Assembly: GCA_029259845.1 (NCBI GenBank)
Contig: JAJDEI010000109.1
Location: forward strand, 222-64,221
Direction: 5' to 3'
From: Planctomycetaceae bacterium
GTDB taxonomy: Bacteria > Planctomycetota > Planctomycetia > Planctomycetales > Planctomycetaceae
Length of the DNA stretch: 64,000 nt
The translations under genes were made by a program, and so were the position numbers. Below the pieces are notes generated by a model. The model saw only the letters and a program-made list of their open reading frames with translations. It ran no database searches and was not told the origin of the DNA. This document shows, piece by piece, positions 1 to 9,793 of this stretch (within the stretch, counting starts at the first letter, position 1; every line of letters begins with the position of its first letter).

Positions 1-1032
1 ACTCATCAACAGACTGCTGCCGCCGTAACTGATGAGCGGATGGGGAATCCCTTTTGGCGGCAACAGGGCTGTCACCACACAGGCATTGACCGCCGCTTGC
101 AGGACGAGTTGCGTGAGCAGGGTGATGCTCGCCGCATAGGCGAACGACCGCTGCGGCAATCGGGTGAGCAGCCGCAATCCGATTAAGAACAACGCGACCC
201 ACAGGGTGATGACGCCCAGTGTGCCGATCAGTCCGAGTTCCTCACCAATCACCGCGAACACAAAATCGGTGTTCGCTTCGGGGAGAAAGCTGAGCTTTTG
301 CCAGCCGCGGCCGAGTCCGACGCCTGCCCCGCCGCCGACTCCCAGCGTCGTTAGCGACTGCTGAATCTGGTACGGGGCCTGGTCGAAGTCCCGCCACGCC
401 GCCAGAAAACCTTCGATCCGATCCCGCTGGTACGGCTTGAGCGCCACCAGTCCGGCAGCCAGCGGGACAACCAGTCCGCCGGCCAGCATGAACTGCCACA
501 ACGGCCATCCCGCGACAAACAGACAGATCATCGAGATCAGGCAGAGAAAGACGGACGTTCCCAAGTCCGGCTCCTGCAGCACCAGAAATACCGTCAGTGC
601 GATCGGGATGAGTGGCGGCGTTGCGACGGCGATTTGGCCGAACCGGTCGCGGCGGCGATCAATGCCCCAGCAGAGAAACAACGGCAGCGTGACCTTGGCG
701 AGCTCCGAGGGTTGCAGCGACAACGGACCGAATCGGAGCCATCGCCGCGCCCCATTGACCTCGGTCCCCACGCCCGGCACGAGGACCAGCACCAACAGCG
801 CGATCGTGGCGGCGAACGCCCACGGTGCCGACCGCTGCCAGAACCACGCCGGCAGCAGGGCCGCCGTGCCGCCGGCCGCGACCGCAATCCCCAGAAACAG
901 CAGGTGTCGAGAGAGATAAATCTGCTCATTCGCCGACGGACGGGATGTGATGCTCGCGCTGAGCACCATCATCAGCCCCACGCCCAGGAGCATCAGGATC
1001 GTCAGAATGAATGCATCCCGTGTGAGTCGCAT
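1..1032 (-). CDS. SEDS-family peptidoglycan polymerase (FtsW/RodA-like), 3' end cut by the window edge
   Basis: Absent from the ORF track because there is no stop inside the window. My reverse-strand translation from the ATG (complement of 1030-1032) gives MRLTRDAFILTILMLLGVGLMMVLSAS...LQEPDLGTSVF...GLGRGWQKLSFLPEANTDFVFAVIGEELGLIGTLG...LPPKGIPHPLISYGGSSLLMS. The PE-xx-TDF-x-FA-x-IGEE-x-G and P-xx-SYGGSS blocks are SEDS hallmarks. Confidence 0.85.
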   Translation of the reverse strand, partial: MRLTRDAFILTILMLLGVGLMMVLSASITSRPSANEQIYLSRHLLFLGIAVAAGGTAALLPAWFWQRSAPWAFAATIALLVLVLVPGVGTEVNGARRWLRFGPLSLQPSELAKVTLPLFLCWGIDRRRDRFGQIAVATPPLIPIALTVFLVLQEPDLGTSVFLCLISMICLFVAGWPLWQFMLAGGLVVPLAAGLVALKPYQRDRIEGFLAAWRDFDQAPYQIQQSLTTLGVGGGAGVGLGRGWQKLSFLPEANTDFVFAVIGEELGLIGTLGVITLWVALFLIGLRLLTRLPQRSFAYAASITLLTQLVLQAAVNACVVTALLPPKGIPHPLISYGGSSLLMS

Positions 1033-1402
1033 GCGCCGCGGTGCCGTCGGAAGGTCGCGATGGAAGGAGACCTCGCTACTTCAGACATCGTCGCGACGAA
1101 CGGGCCGGTCGACGCCAGTCCGCCGGTGATCCGCAGTGAACCCGGGGTCCGTCCGACCGCGCCGATCGAGACGGTTACGAGGGACCGGGGGATGCATTCC
1201 CGCCGTGCCCGCAGCGATGCGAGCCGCCAGTTGTGTACCCTGGGTGAATCGCGTCGATTCCCCCGATTGCGGCACTCGCCCGATTTGTCCGGTGACACCG
1301 GTCCGATCTGACGGAAACACGTCATGATGTTCGGAGACAGACTTCAGCGGTGTTGTGCCCATGCCCGATCACAGGTCATGGCTACGGCACTTGACGGAAG
1401 AA

Positions 1403-1433
1403 AGCCGGCCGACGCAAAGCGCGTCGGTCGGCT
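1403..1433. terminator. bidirectional intrinsic-terminator-like hairpin
   Basis: AGCCGGCCGACGC-aaagc-GCGTCGGTCGGCT forms a 13-bp stem with one mismatch. It is flanked by GAAGAAA on the left and TCTGTTATT on the right, so a U-rich tail is available on either strand. Confidence 0.5.
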
Positions 1434-1903
1434 TCTGTTATTGGCGGTGCGCCGAATGTGGTCCAACAGTCACGCGAAACATCTCGCCTTCCCGGCCGAC
1501 GTGTCCGGTGTCGGTCTGATCCTCGGTGATTGCCATCAGCCAAACAGGGAGCCCGACTTGCCGGACCCGTTGGGTGCATCCGCTTAACGGTGGGGTGGCT
1601 GGGGCAATCTGGGGCCGATGAGAGATGAGCGGCTCGGAACTCTGGGGCTGTGGACAGTGAACGGACCGCGTCACGGCCCCAGTGCTCGGTCCGAAGAAGC
1701 GTGTTCGTTGCCGCGACGGCGCCCCAGCCACACCCCGCAGTCGGAGTGGGCGCGGCCCAACCGTCCCAACGGGATTGCGTGGATCGGCCCCCGCAGGAGA
1801 GTGAGTTGCAACAACTGTGGCGGAACTGTCACGTTGCGGCTCGGCGGGAGCCTCGCCCTCCCGGCGTCGAAACGGCTTCATGACCATCACCAGTCTGCGG
1901 CAA

Positions 1904-3625
1904 TCATTTACCGTTCTGTTTGCCTTTCTGCATCTTCGCCCAGGCGTCCCGGAGCGTTACGCTGCGGTTGAAGACGGGCTTGTCCGGTGTTGACGACCTG
2001 GCATCCGGTGTGAAGTAGCCGAGACGTTCAAACTGGACGGGCGTGCCGACGGGTATCTCCGCGAGCGATGGTTCGATCCGGCAGTCGGTGAGTGATTCGA
2101 GGCTGTGCTCGTTGAGGCAGGTCTTCCAGTCCTGTTCGTCGAGAATCTTGGAGAGGTCCTCGACCTGCGAGAGGTGATCGTAGAGGCGGACTTCGACAGG
2201 CACGGCGTGCGGGGCACTCACCCAATGCAGCGTCCCCTTCACCTTGCGACCGTCCGGGGCGTCGCCTCCTTTGGTGGCCGGGTCGTAAGTGGCGTGCAGC
2301 TCGACGACCTCGCCGGCATCATTCTTGATGACGTCCGTGCAGGTGATGAAATAGGCATACCGCAGGCGAACTTCGCGACCGGGGGCCAGTCGGAAGAATT
2401 TTCGGGGGGCGTCCTCCAGGAAGTCGTCCTGTTCGATGTAGATCTCGCGGCTGAAGGGCACCATCCGCGTGCCGGCGGCGGCGTCTTCCGGATTGTTGAT
2501 CGCTTCAAGTTCCTCGGATTCCCCTTCCGGGTAGTTGGTGATGACAACCTTGAGCGGCTTGAGCACGGCCATGCGGCGCTCGGCCCGTTTGTTCAGGTCG
2601 CTGCGGAGGGCGTTTTCGAGCAAGGCCATGTTCGTCAGGCTGTTGTAGCGGGTCACGCCGATCTCATCGCAGAAGCCGCGGATCGCTTCGGGCGTATAAC
2701 CGCGGCGACGCAGTCCGCACAGCGTGGGCATGCGGGGGTCGTCCCAACCGTCGACGGCGCCGGACTCCACCAGTTCGAGCAACTTGCGTTTGCTCATGAT
2801 GGTGTAGGTGAGGTTGAGCCGCGAGAATTCGTACTGTTTGGAGGGAAAGATGCCCAGCTTTTCGATGAACCAGTCGTAGAGCCGGCGATGGGTCTCGAAC
2901 TCCAACGTGCAGATTGAATGCGTGACCTGTTCGATGGCGTCGCTTTGCCCGTGGGCGAAGTCGTACATGGGATAGATGCACCACTCGTTTCCCGTGCGAT
3001 GGTGCTCCGCATGCCGGATGCGATACATCAGCGGATCCCGCAGAATGAGATGCTTGGACGCCATGTCGATCTTCGCCCGCAGGACGTGCTCCCCGTCGGC
3101 GAATTCCCCGGCGCGCATGCGGGCGAACAGGTCGAGATTCTCCTCGACAGAGCGGTCGCGGTCCGGGGAATCGGTGCCCGGATGTGCCGCTGTGCCCCGT
3201 CCTGCGCGGATCTCCTCCGTTGACTGGCTGTCGACGTACGCATCCCCCTGGCGGATGAGCTGGCAGGCCCATTCGTACAGTTGTTCAAAGTAGTCTGAGG
3301 CGAATCGAAGCCCGTCCCAATCGAAGCCGAGCCAGCGGATGTCCTCCTGGATCGACTCGACGTACTCGACGTCTTCTTTTGTCGGATTCGTGTCATCAAA
3401 CCGCAGGTTACATTTGCCGCCAAACTCGTTGGCGACTCCGAAATTCAGGCAGATGGATTTGGCATGCCCGATGTGCAGGTACCCGTTCGGTTCCGGGGGA
3501 AACCGGGTCTGCACACGGCCGTCCTGCGTGGCGGCGGCGATGTCGTCCGCGACGATCTGGCGGATGAAGTCCAGTTTGGGGCGGTCGTCCGCGGATTCAA
3601 CGGATTCAGAAGTCTCAATCGTCAT
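1904..3625 (-). CDS. glnS: glutamine--tRNA ligase
   Basis: 573-aa ORF with class I HIGH motif ([14 protein letters not shown]), KMSKS-type motif (IMSKRKL) and a GlnRS-like C-terminal anticodon-binding region. Confidence 0.93.
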   Translation of the reverse strand: MTIETSESVESADDRPKLDFIRQIVADDIAAATQDGRVQTRFPPEPNGYLHIGHAKSICLNFGVANEFGGKCNLRFDDTNPTKEDVEYVESIQEDIRWLGFDWDGLRFASDYFEQLYEWACQLIRQGDAYVDSQSTEEIRAGRGTAAHPGTDSPDRDRSVEENLDLFARMRAGEFADGEHVLRAKIDMASKHLILRDPLMYRIRHAEHHRTGNEWCIYPMYDFAHGQSDAIEQVTHSICTLEFETHRRLYDWFIEKLGIFPSKQYEFSRLNLTYTIMSKRKLLELVESGAVDGWDDPRMPTLCGLRRRGYTPEAIRGFCDEIGVTRYNSLTNMALLENALRSDLNKRAERRMAVLKPLKVVITNYPEGESEELEAINNPEDAAAGTRMVPFSREIYIEQDDFLEDAPRKFFRLAPGREVRLRYAYFITCTDVIKNDAGEVVELHATYDPATKGGDAPDGRKVKGTLHWVSAPHAVPVEVRLYDHLSQVEDLSKILDEQDWKTCLNEHSLESLTDCRIEPSLAEIPVGTPVQFERLGYFTPDARSSTPDKPVFNRSVTLRDAWAKMQKGKQNGK

Positions 3626-4862
3626 GGGGTCCGTTCCTGAAGACGGGTCGTTCGGTGAGCCGGTCCTGATGGGGGGGCGATTCTATGTTGCGATCCAGAA
3701 TGGTGATAGCTCTCGGTGAAAAGTGGGCCATTTCAATGCACACCAGCCCGACCGAAACGGTTCCAAACTGTCGGCGGGTGCCACGATCCCGGTGCGAGCT
3801 TCCGGACGAACTCGAGGACGACGCGGCCACAAGGGGCCTTCACCAGGGGGACTCGTTTGCAAGATGCGTCCCGCCCTCCCCGGCGCATGCTGAGGGACAC
3901 ACCGGCTGCTCACAGGTTCGCAGGGTGCCGGAGTGGCATCGGTCCGGCAGAACATGCAAGAGAGTGGCGCGCGGACGGCATGCGTCGGAATCCACATCTC
4001 GGAAGACAGCGTGACGTAACCAGTGTCTGCTTGGGATGTTCCGCCACCGTTTCGAGAGATTCGCAGATTCGGCCTGAGTTTGGCGCGGCCATTCGGCTGG
4101 ACACTGGCGGACTCATTCCGATATCACCCCGCTCCTCCCTCTCTCGCAAGACCACTTCCCCCTTAACAACTGATTCGCCCCTCCGGGGTTCGTGAAAAAA
4201 CCGCCGCACGGCTCGGTCCGGGACCGTGCTGCGCATCGGGTTTCCATTGTCTCGTCGTTCGTCGAAATCAGCCTTCGTTTCGCCGCGTGCCCAATGGACC
4301 GCCTTCGGGTGGCTGACCGGTCCGCATGCGATGACGGTCCGGCGACAGGCGCGCGGTCGAAGCAACACGTCGAACGTTCGCCAGATATTGGGTTCCAGGA
4401 CATGTTTGCGGTCCAGGAATCGTGGCTCCTGGAGCGACGGCGGGGTTTTGAAACCTGATAGGTGTGGTGCACGAAATCTCCGCATCGAGGAGTGGCGACG
4501 CGACCGTTGAGGCGGAGCCGGGCGTCTCGTCCATCAAGAATCCGTTCATCAAAGTTCCTTCGAATCAGCGACACCCATCACGGAGAGGATTGGTTTGAAA
4601 TGCGCATCTGAATAATCCGGACTCCAACATGTCCGAACGGAGACCGCGCTGTCCCGATCCTGTGGGAATGTGACGGTTGTGGAAGTTGGAACAATTTCAC
4701 TGAACGTGGCGACCGCTTGCGGCCGATTAACCAAATAGGACGTCTCGTCGTTTGCAAAGGCGTGGTGCGCTTGCATCCCGCTGCCATCAATCATCACAGG
4801 CGTCGCCGGTCAAGAAAGACAACTGAGTCTTGCAGCTTGACGTTGCTGTCACGGAGGACTTT

Positions 4863-5639
4863 ATGGCAACGATGGTCTCACCAGAGATCCAACAGCTTTG
4901 GTTGAAATTCAAACTCGACCAAAGCGATCAGGAAATTCGCAATCGCCTGATTGAGAATTACTTTCCGTTAGTGCGGTACAACGCCGAGCGCGTGTGGGCC
5001 AAGCTTCCGGAAGGTGTGGACATTAACGATCTCATCTCGGCGGGCGTGTTCGGGCTGATGGATGCCATCGAGGCATTCGATCTGTCCCGGGGGGTCAAGT
5101 TCGAGACGTACTGCGTGCCGCGAATTCGTGGTGCCATGCTCGACGAACTGCGCACCATGGATTGGGTGCCGCGGCTTGTGCGCAGCAAGGCCAGCAAACT
5201 CGGTGCTGCCAAGAAATCCCTTGAAGCCGAGCTTGGCCGTCCGCCGCTCGATGCTGAACTCGCCAGAAAGCTGGAACTCTCGCTCGACGAGTTCCACAAG
5301 ATGCGTTCCGATGCCAGCGCGGTGAATCTGGTCAGTCTCAACAAGAAATGGTACGAGACTGATTCCTACAAGGATGTTCGCGAGATCGACATCCTGGAGG
5401 ACATCAAGGGCGAAGACCCCACCGGTGCCATCCAGAAGCGGGACATCATGCGGCTGGTCACCAAAGGCCTCAACCGCAACGAGCGGCTGATCGTCATCCT
5501 CTACTATTACGAAGAGCTGACGATGAAAGAGATCGGCCAAACGCTCGGACTCTCCGAAAGCCGCGTCAGCCAGATGCATTCCAGCATCGTCTCGCGACTG
5601 AAAGAGCAACTCCGCCGGCGTCGTCCGGAGTTCGCGTGA
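4863..5639 (+). CDS. fliA: RNA polymerase sigma factor, FliA/WhiG (sigma-28) family
   Basis: Sigma-70 region 2 (NRLIENYFPLVRYNAERV...DLISAGVFGLMDAIEAFD...RIRGAMLDELRTMDWVPR) and region 4 HTH (ERLIVILYYYEELTMKEIGQTLGLSESRVSQMHS). Start placed at the ATG at 4863, preceded by GGAGGA; the track ORF begins at a TTG at 4830. Confidence 0.88.
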   Translation: MATMVSPEIQQLWLKFKLDQSDQEIRNRLIENYFPLVRYNAERVWAKLPEGVDINDLISAGVFGLMDAIEAFDLSRGVKFETYCVPRIRGAMLDELRTMDWVPRLVRSKASKLGAAKKSLEAELGRPPLDAELARKLELSLDEFHKMRSDASAVNLVSLNKKWYETDSYKDVREIDILEDIKGEDPTGAIQKRDIMRLVTKGLNRNERLIVILYYYEELTMKEIGQTLGLSESRVSQMHSSIVSRLKEQLRRRRPEFA

Positions 5640-5748
5640 CGCGCCCTGCTTGCTGGCGACGCGTTTGTCGGTGTTGGCGATGAGATGTCGGCGTCCGAAT
5701 GCGAACGCACCCAACTGTGCACCACGGCGCGGGCAACGCGGTCGCTTT

Positions 5749-7158
5749 TCAGAGGCCGGGTGATTTCTGGGGAGGCGGTGCTTCTGGTCCGGGAGGAACC
5801 GGTCCGTTCACTGCAGGAACGGCTCCCGCTGGGGGAACACTCTGTGGACCTTTGGGCTGCTCCGGCGGGCCCCCTGCTGGTGGGGGCGCTTCACCCCGCG
5901 GCGGTCCGTTTGGTGGTGGCCCGTTTGGTGGTGGCCCGTTTGGACCACGTTCGCCCGGCACTGGTTCGCCCGGAACCGGTCCGTCTAGCGGCGGTTCGCC
6001 CCCGACCGGCGGTGAGAGCGATTGTACATACTTGACGATATCTGTGACGTATTGCTGATCGTCGAACGAGATCTCGTCCCAGGGAAGCGTATAGTGCCGA
6101 ACGCGGCCTTTGCTGACATACGCATAGGGAATGAGCTGTTCGAGATGGGCCAGGTAGGCTTGGTCTTCTTCGCGAAACGCCTCTCGTGGATAGTCGACAT
6201 AGTTGAGCGGCACATCCGGAAGCTTGACCTCCCCGATCCGCACAAGGACCGGGGATCCCGGTTTTTGGAGAAACGCCCAGAACGTTCCGGAGAACGTGGG
6301 GGAAGGCTCCGATTCGTCGCCCGCCAACGTCCACTGCCGCGGAAAGAGTTGCACGCGAACATCGCCGGCGGGCGTCACGGCCTGAAACCGCGCGTGGACG
6401 AGCGACTCGCCGTCCGCCTTGCTCCAGCGACGGAAGAACGCCTCAGGCGGAAGCGGCTCGACGACTTCGGGTTCCGGTGAAAGTCCCGACGATGGCACGA
6501 CTGGAATGGCCGGAGTGCCGACAACGACGGGCGAGCCGGCTGTCACAGCCGGCGGGACCGGGCCGATGCCCGCAGCCGGGGATGCTGCCCCGGAAGGTGC
6601 TCGGGACAATTTCGGGATTGTGGCACCGCCGAGATCACCCGCGTTGTCGGGCGGGGGAGCAGCGGGAGCAACCGGTGCTGCTGTTCCGGAGGCTGCGGGC
6701 GGCTCAACGGCGGCGACGGCGGGGGGATTGGAAGACCCGACTGCGCCGCGGCCCGCCTCCGGAACGAGCGATTGCCGAGCCGGTTCGCTGCCGTCGACGG
6801 TATCGGCCACTTCCTGGTTTGCGCCGTCCGGGCCGGGGCTGTCCGCTGCAACGTCAATTGGGCCCTCCTTCTCGACCGGCTTAGGTTCGACCGGTCCCAT
6901 CCTCCAGAAGGCGACTCCGATCCCTGCCAGCACAACGATGGCGAGCAGGCGGAGCACCGCGCTTCGCCTCCCGGAGCCCGGGTCGGCTGCGAAGCGCTGC
7001 ACCGCGGTGCGTTCCATCGGCGCCTCGGCCCGATGGCGCGAGGGACGCAGCTTGATGCGAATTTTTTTGCCGCACCCGCCGCAACGAACGACGTCCCCGC
7101 TTTGAGTCTCTGCCGGCAGCGCCATGCCGGCACCACATTTCTTACATTTGATTCGCAT
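5749..7158 (-). CDS. membrane protein with N-terminal zinc ribbon (MJ0042-like), Pro/Ala-rich linker and Pro-rich tail
   Basis: MRIKCKKCGAGMALP...VVRCGGCGKKIRIK (CxxC...CxxC), then a hydrophobic helix LRLLAIVVLAGIGVAFW, a long P/A/G-rich linker, a globular segment (FFRRWSKADGESLVHARFQ...ISFDDQQYV, weakly SHD1-like) and a (GPPPN)x3 tail. Start set at the internal ATG at 7158; the ORF reaches 7203. Confidence 0.6.
   Translation of the reverse strand: MRIKCKKCGAGMALPAETQSGDVVRCGGCGKKIRIKLRPSRHRAEAPMERTAVQRFAADPGSGRRSAVLRLLAIVVLAGIGVAFWRMGPVEPKPVEKEGPIDVAADSPGPDGANQEVADTVDGSEPARQSLVPEAGRGAVGSSNPPAVAAVEPPAASGTAAPVAPAAPPPDNAGDLGGATIPKLSRAPSGAASPAAGIGPVPPAVTAGSPVVVGTPAIPVVPSSGLSPEPEVVEPLPPEAFFRRWSKADGESLVHARFQAVTPAGDVRVQLFPRQWTLAGDESEPSPTFSGTFWAFLQKPGSPVLVRIGEVKLPDVPLNYVDYPREAFREEDQAYLAHLEQLIPYAYVSKGRVRHYTLPWDEISFDDQQYVTDIVKYVQSLSPPVGGEPPLDGPVPGEPVPGERGPNGPPPNGPPPNGPPRGEAPPPAGGPPEQPKGPQSVPPAGAVPAVNGPVPPGPEAPPPQKSPGL
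5903..5947. repeat. 15-bp tandem repeat x3 inside CDS (encodes GPPPN repeats on the reverse strand)
   Basis: GGTCCGTTTGGTGGT GGCCCGTTTGGTGGT GGCCCGTTTGGACCA read directly from the sequence. Confidence 0.8.
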
Positions 7159-7566
7159 GAGCGTCGTCGCCTCTTGAGATGAATCCTGCGACACGCGGGG
7201 CACAGCCGTTGCGTACCGTCCATTTGACCCGGCACGGCATCATCTGTAAACGCATCGCCCTCGGCACACCATGAAACACACCCTGCCTTTTGAGAACGCG
7301 AGTAATGACGAATCTTCCGAAAAAACCGCTGTTCAACGTCAAATACTCTGAGATGGAGACGGCAAACGCCATGCAACCGCCGCGTGGTCGCTCCTGTTAC
7401 GGTGCCGGAATCGTCGTGTGCAACGCCGTTAACACCGGTCACAGACGCGATCCGCGCAACCACGAGAGATGGGTTGAACGGGAGAATTTCGGCGGCCCGC
7501 CGCAGTTCGTAGGTCCCCGGCTCTTCGACGCAGGTCCGCGTCACCCATTGCCTCCGCCCATTCGCC

Positions 7567-8202
7567 ATGCTCGCATCCCTCTCACCCCATGCGTTCCAAC
7601 CGGGCGATATCGCCGCCTGTTACGGTGCCGATTGGACCGGCCGCCTGATCAGTTCGGGAACCGCGGCCGTGTGGGGGCCGCCCGAACTGCGCTGGCCTCC
7701 GTCCCATGTCGCCATCTGTTGCCGGCATGAAAACGAAACCGTGTGGGTCGAGTCGACGAGCCTTTGCCGGCACGCCTGCCTGCTGCGCGGCATTCCGGTT
7801 GCGGGCGTGCAAGCTCATCGTCCCGTTGTTCGCATGGGCGACTACATTCGCGGCGGCGGGCGGGTGGATCTCTACCGGCTGACGGACATCAACTCTTTCA
7901 GCGACGCAGAAAGCCGCCTGCTCTCGCGGCTGCTGATCGACCATCTTGTCCGAAAGCACGTTCGTTACGACGTCGGCGGAGCCCTCCTGTCCGGGACACG
8001 TGCCTTTCAACTCTCGCGGTTGTTTCCGGGGGCCGACCTCGAACGCCTGTTCTGCTCGGAACTGATCGCCGCCGTGCTGATGCGTCTGGGACGGATGAAT
8101 CATGCCAACCCGACGCGATTCAATCCCGGACGGCTGCTGCGCCGTCTCGTGCGGACCGGAAAGTATCAGCGGGTCGCCTCATTTCCGCGGAGCCGCACAT
8201 GA
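7567..8202 (+). CDS. permuted papain-like (NlpC/P60 superfamily) amidase, YaeF/YiiX (C92)-like
   Basis: His-before-Cys arrangement typical of the permuted family: GDIAACYG...PSHVAICC...then LFCSELIAAVLMRLG. 211 aa, no signal peptide seen. Confidence 0.5.
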   Translation: MLASLSPHAFQPGDIAACYGADWTGRLISSGTAAVWGPPELRWPPSHVAICCRHENETVWVESTSLCRHACLLRGIPVAGVQAHRPVVRMGDYIRGGGRVDLYRLTDINSFSDAESRLLSRLLIDHLVRKHVRYDVGGALLSGTRAFQLSRLFPGADLERLFCSELIAAVLMRLGRMNHANPTRFNPGRLLRRLVRTGKYQRVASFPRSRT

Positions 8203-9446
8203 TGCGAGTCCTGACGCTGATCGTTACATTGGCCGGCCAGTGCGTAGCGCCGATCGCATTGACGGCGAACGCGGAGAGCCGCCGCGATCCGTTCGGCTCG
8301 TTGCCGGGGCCGACCGCAGTCGAGACCGGACAGCATTCCGCGCACTGTCCCGGGACGATTGCGCCGAAGCCGCCTCTCACCATCTGGACGTCGCGCGATT
8401 GTGCCTCGTGCCGGCAGTTCTGGCGCGATTTCAACAGCGACCGGGCATTCCGGGAAGCGATCTTGTCGCGCTTTCGGCTTCAGTGGAGGGATGTCGGAAA
8501 CGACCGCAGCACCGTCGCCGCGCGCGGCATCGTCTCCGCACCAACGTTCCGTCTCGGTGATCGACAGATCGTCGGCTACCACGGAAGGCAGTGGCTATGG
8601 CGACAACTGACGACTGTCGCTGCCGACGCTCCGGTGACGTCATTACCGACGAAATCAACGACGTCTTCACCGACGAATACCGCCGATGCGGAATCCGGCG
8701 ACCGTGCGCCGGCCGGATCGTTGTCACCGCTTCCTCCGCTGGCTCGCCGGACCAGTCCGCAACCATCGGGAAAGTCACCGTCTGCAGGCTCCGACGCACC
8801 GCCGATTCGCTCCGCACCGACGCCCTCGACACCGCCTCTGACGACATCGACTCCGCTTGCACCGGCTCGCCTGTCACTCACGCCCACGGCGCCATCGACG
8901 ACGGCTCCCTCTCAGCGGCAATCCCAGCGCGAACGGCTGTCCGTTCACTCAGGAATCGGCCAGACCGTGCCAGGAACGCACCGCAGCAGATTCGGCAGAT
9001 GGATTCGCCAAACCGTACCCTTTGTTCTGACGGGCCTTCAATTGGCGGGGATTCTCGGCGGCACGGCGGCGACCGGCGGGCTGGGCACGATCGCCGTCGC
9101 CGCCATGTGGAGACTGTGGAAACGGCGACGCCTCCGAAAGCAATCGACCAGCGAATCCTCCGCCACCCAGGAAAACGAGCGACAGGCCGAAACGGAGGCG
9201 AGCGGGACGACGCTCCGTGCCCCCTTTCCCCGCCGCCTGGATGAGGCACGTCAGTTACTTGCGCTCCGGCAATCAGAAGGACGTGTGGCAACACTTGACG
9301 CGCTGCGGGGCATGTTCCTCGACGACGAACTGGCCAAGCTGGCCGCCGCCGCCAACCAAACCGAAACGGCCCTCGCCCAACAACTGAAATCCGCCATCGA
9401 CACACGCGTCGACGAAGTCGCCCCGCTCTCGACGGTCATCGACTGA
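8199..9446 (+). CDS. secreted/membrane-anchored thioredoxin-fold (CxxC) protein with PT-rich linker and C-terminal helical domain
   Basis: Start MMRVLTLIVTLAGQCVAPIALTANA (signal peptide) overlaps the upstream stop (ATGA at 8199-8202). Glutaredoxin-like core LTIWTSRDCASCRQFW...GIVSAPTFRLGDRQIVGY, about 120 aa of P/S/T-rich linker, hydrophobic helices (VPFVLTGLQLAGILGG...IAVAAMWRLW) and a charged C-terminal domain. The 5' part of the track ORF (7743-8198) is rejected as an overlap artefact. Confidence 0.6.
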   Translation: MMRVLTLIVTLAGQCVAPIALTANAESRRDPFGSLPGPTAVETGQHSAHCPGTIAPKPPLTIWTSRDCASCRQFWRDFNSDRAFREAILSRFRLQWRDVGNDRSTVAARGIVSAPTFRLGDRQIVGYHGRQWLWRQLTTVAADAPVTSLPTKSTTSSPTNTADAESGDRAPAGSLSPLPPLARRTSPQPSGKSPSAGSDAPPIRSAPTPSTPPLTTSTPLAPARLSLTPTAPSTTAPSQRQSQRERLSVHSGIGQTVPGTHRSRFGRWIRQTVPFVLTGLQLAGILGGTAATGGLGTIAVAAMWRLWKRRRLRKQSTSESSATQENERQAETEASGTTLRAPFPRRLDEARQLLALRQSEGRVATLDALRGMFLDDELAKLAAAANQTETALAQQLKSAIDTRVDEVAPLSTVID

Positions 9447-9453
9447 GTCTATT

Positions 9454-9498
9454 TTCACCGCGGAGGCGCGGAGGTCTCGCAGAGATTCGCGGAGAGCG
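9454..9498. repeat. GCAGAG/GCGGAG-module repeat (same family as 10483-10552)
   Basis: TTCACCGCGGAGGCGCGGAGGTCTCGCAGAGATTCGCGGAGAGCG lies directly after the stop of the 8199-9446 gene and shares the CACCGC(A/G)GAG, CGCGGAG and CGCAGAG modules with the 10483-10552 unit. Confidence 0.55.
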
Positions 9499-9793
9499 TT
9501 TCGGAGATGCCGGACGCAACACGTGACGACCGCGCGGCGTCGAACGAGACACGAATCCACGAGGAATGAAGATTACGGTCAGATGCAAAGCTCGCTTTTG
9601 TGGAGTCGGACCGGACCAACAGGAGGCCCCGGATTGACAACGACAGGCCCTTTGTCTGGTTTGGCCCAATGTCACTCTCCCCAAACTTGAACTCGACAGA
9701 GTCTCTCAATCGATGACCACCTCTCCGCGGCCCTCTGCGTGATCTCTACGCAACCGCGTTGAACAAAATCTCCCCAAGAACGAAAGGACTCCC

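Noticed and set aside
1438-1890. 150-codon reverse ORF downstream of glnS called as a CDS.
   Set aside because: It is mostly R/P/G-rich, crosses a GC-rich repeat, and has no motif. Only its last about 30 codons look plausible.
4268-4797. The overlapping small ORF pair interpreted as a toxin-antitoxin module.
   Set aside because: No TA family motifs were recognised, the second ORF becomes R/P-rich and non-protein-like, and GC3 is low. It is kept only as part of the gene-poor-region finding.
7743-8198. Upstream extension of the 7743-9446 ORF.
   Set aside because: It overlaps the amidase gene in another frame and has an Arg-rich composition. A signal peptide begins at the ATG at 8199, which overlaps the amidase stop.
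9455-9709. 84-codon reverse ORF in the gap before the 9794 gene.
   Set aside because: It has moderate GC3, no motif, and its 3' end runs into the 9454-9498 repeat. Support is insufficient.
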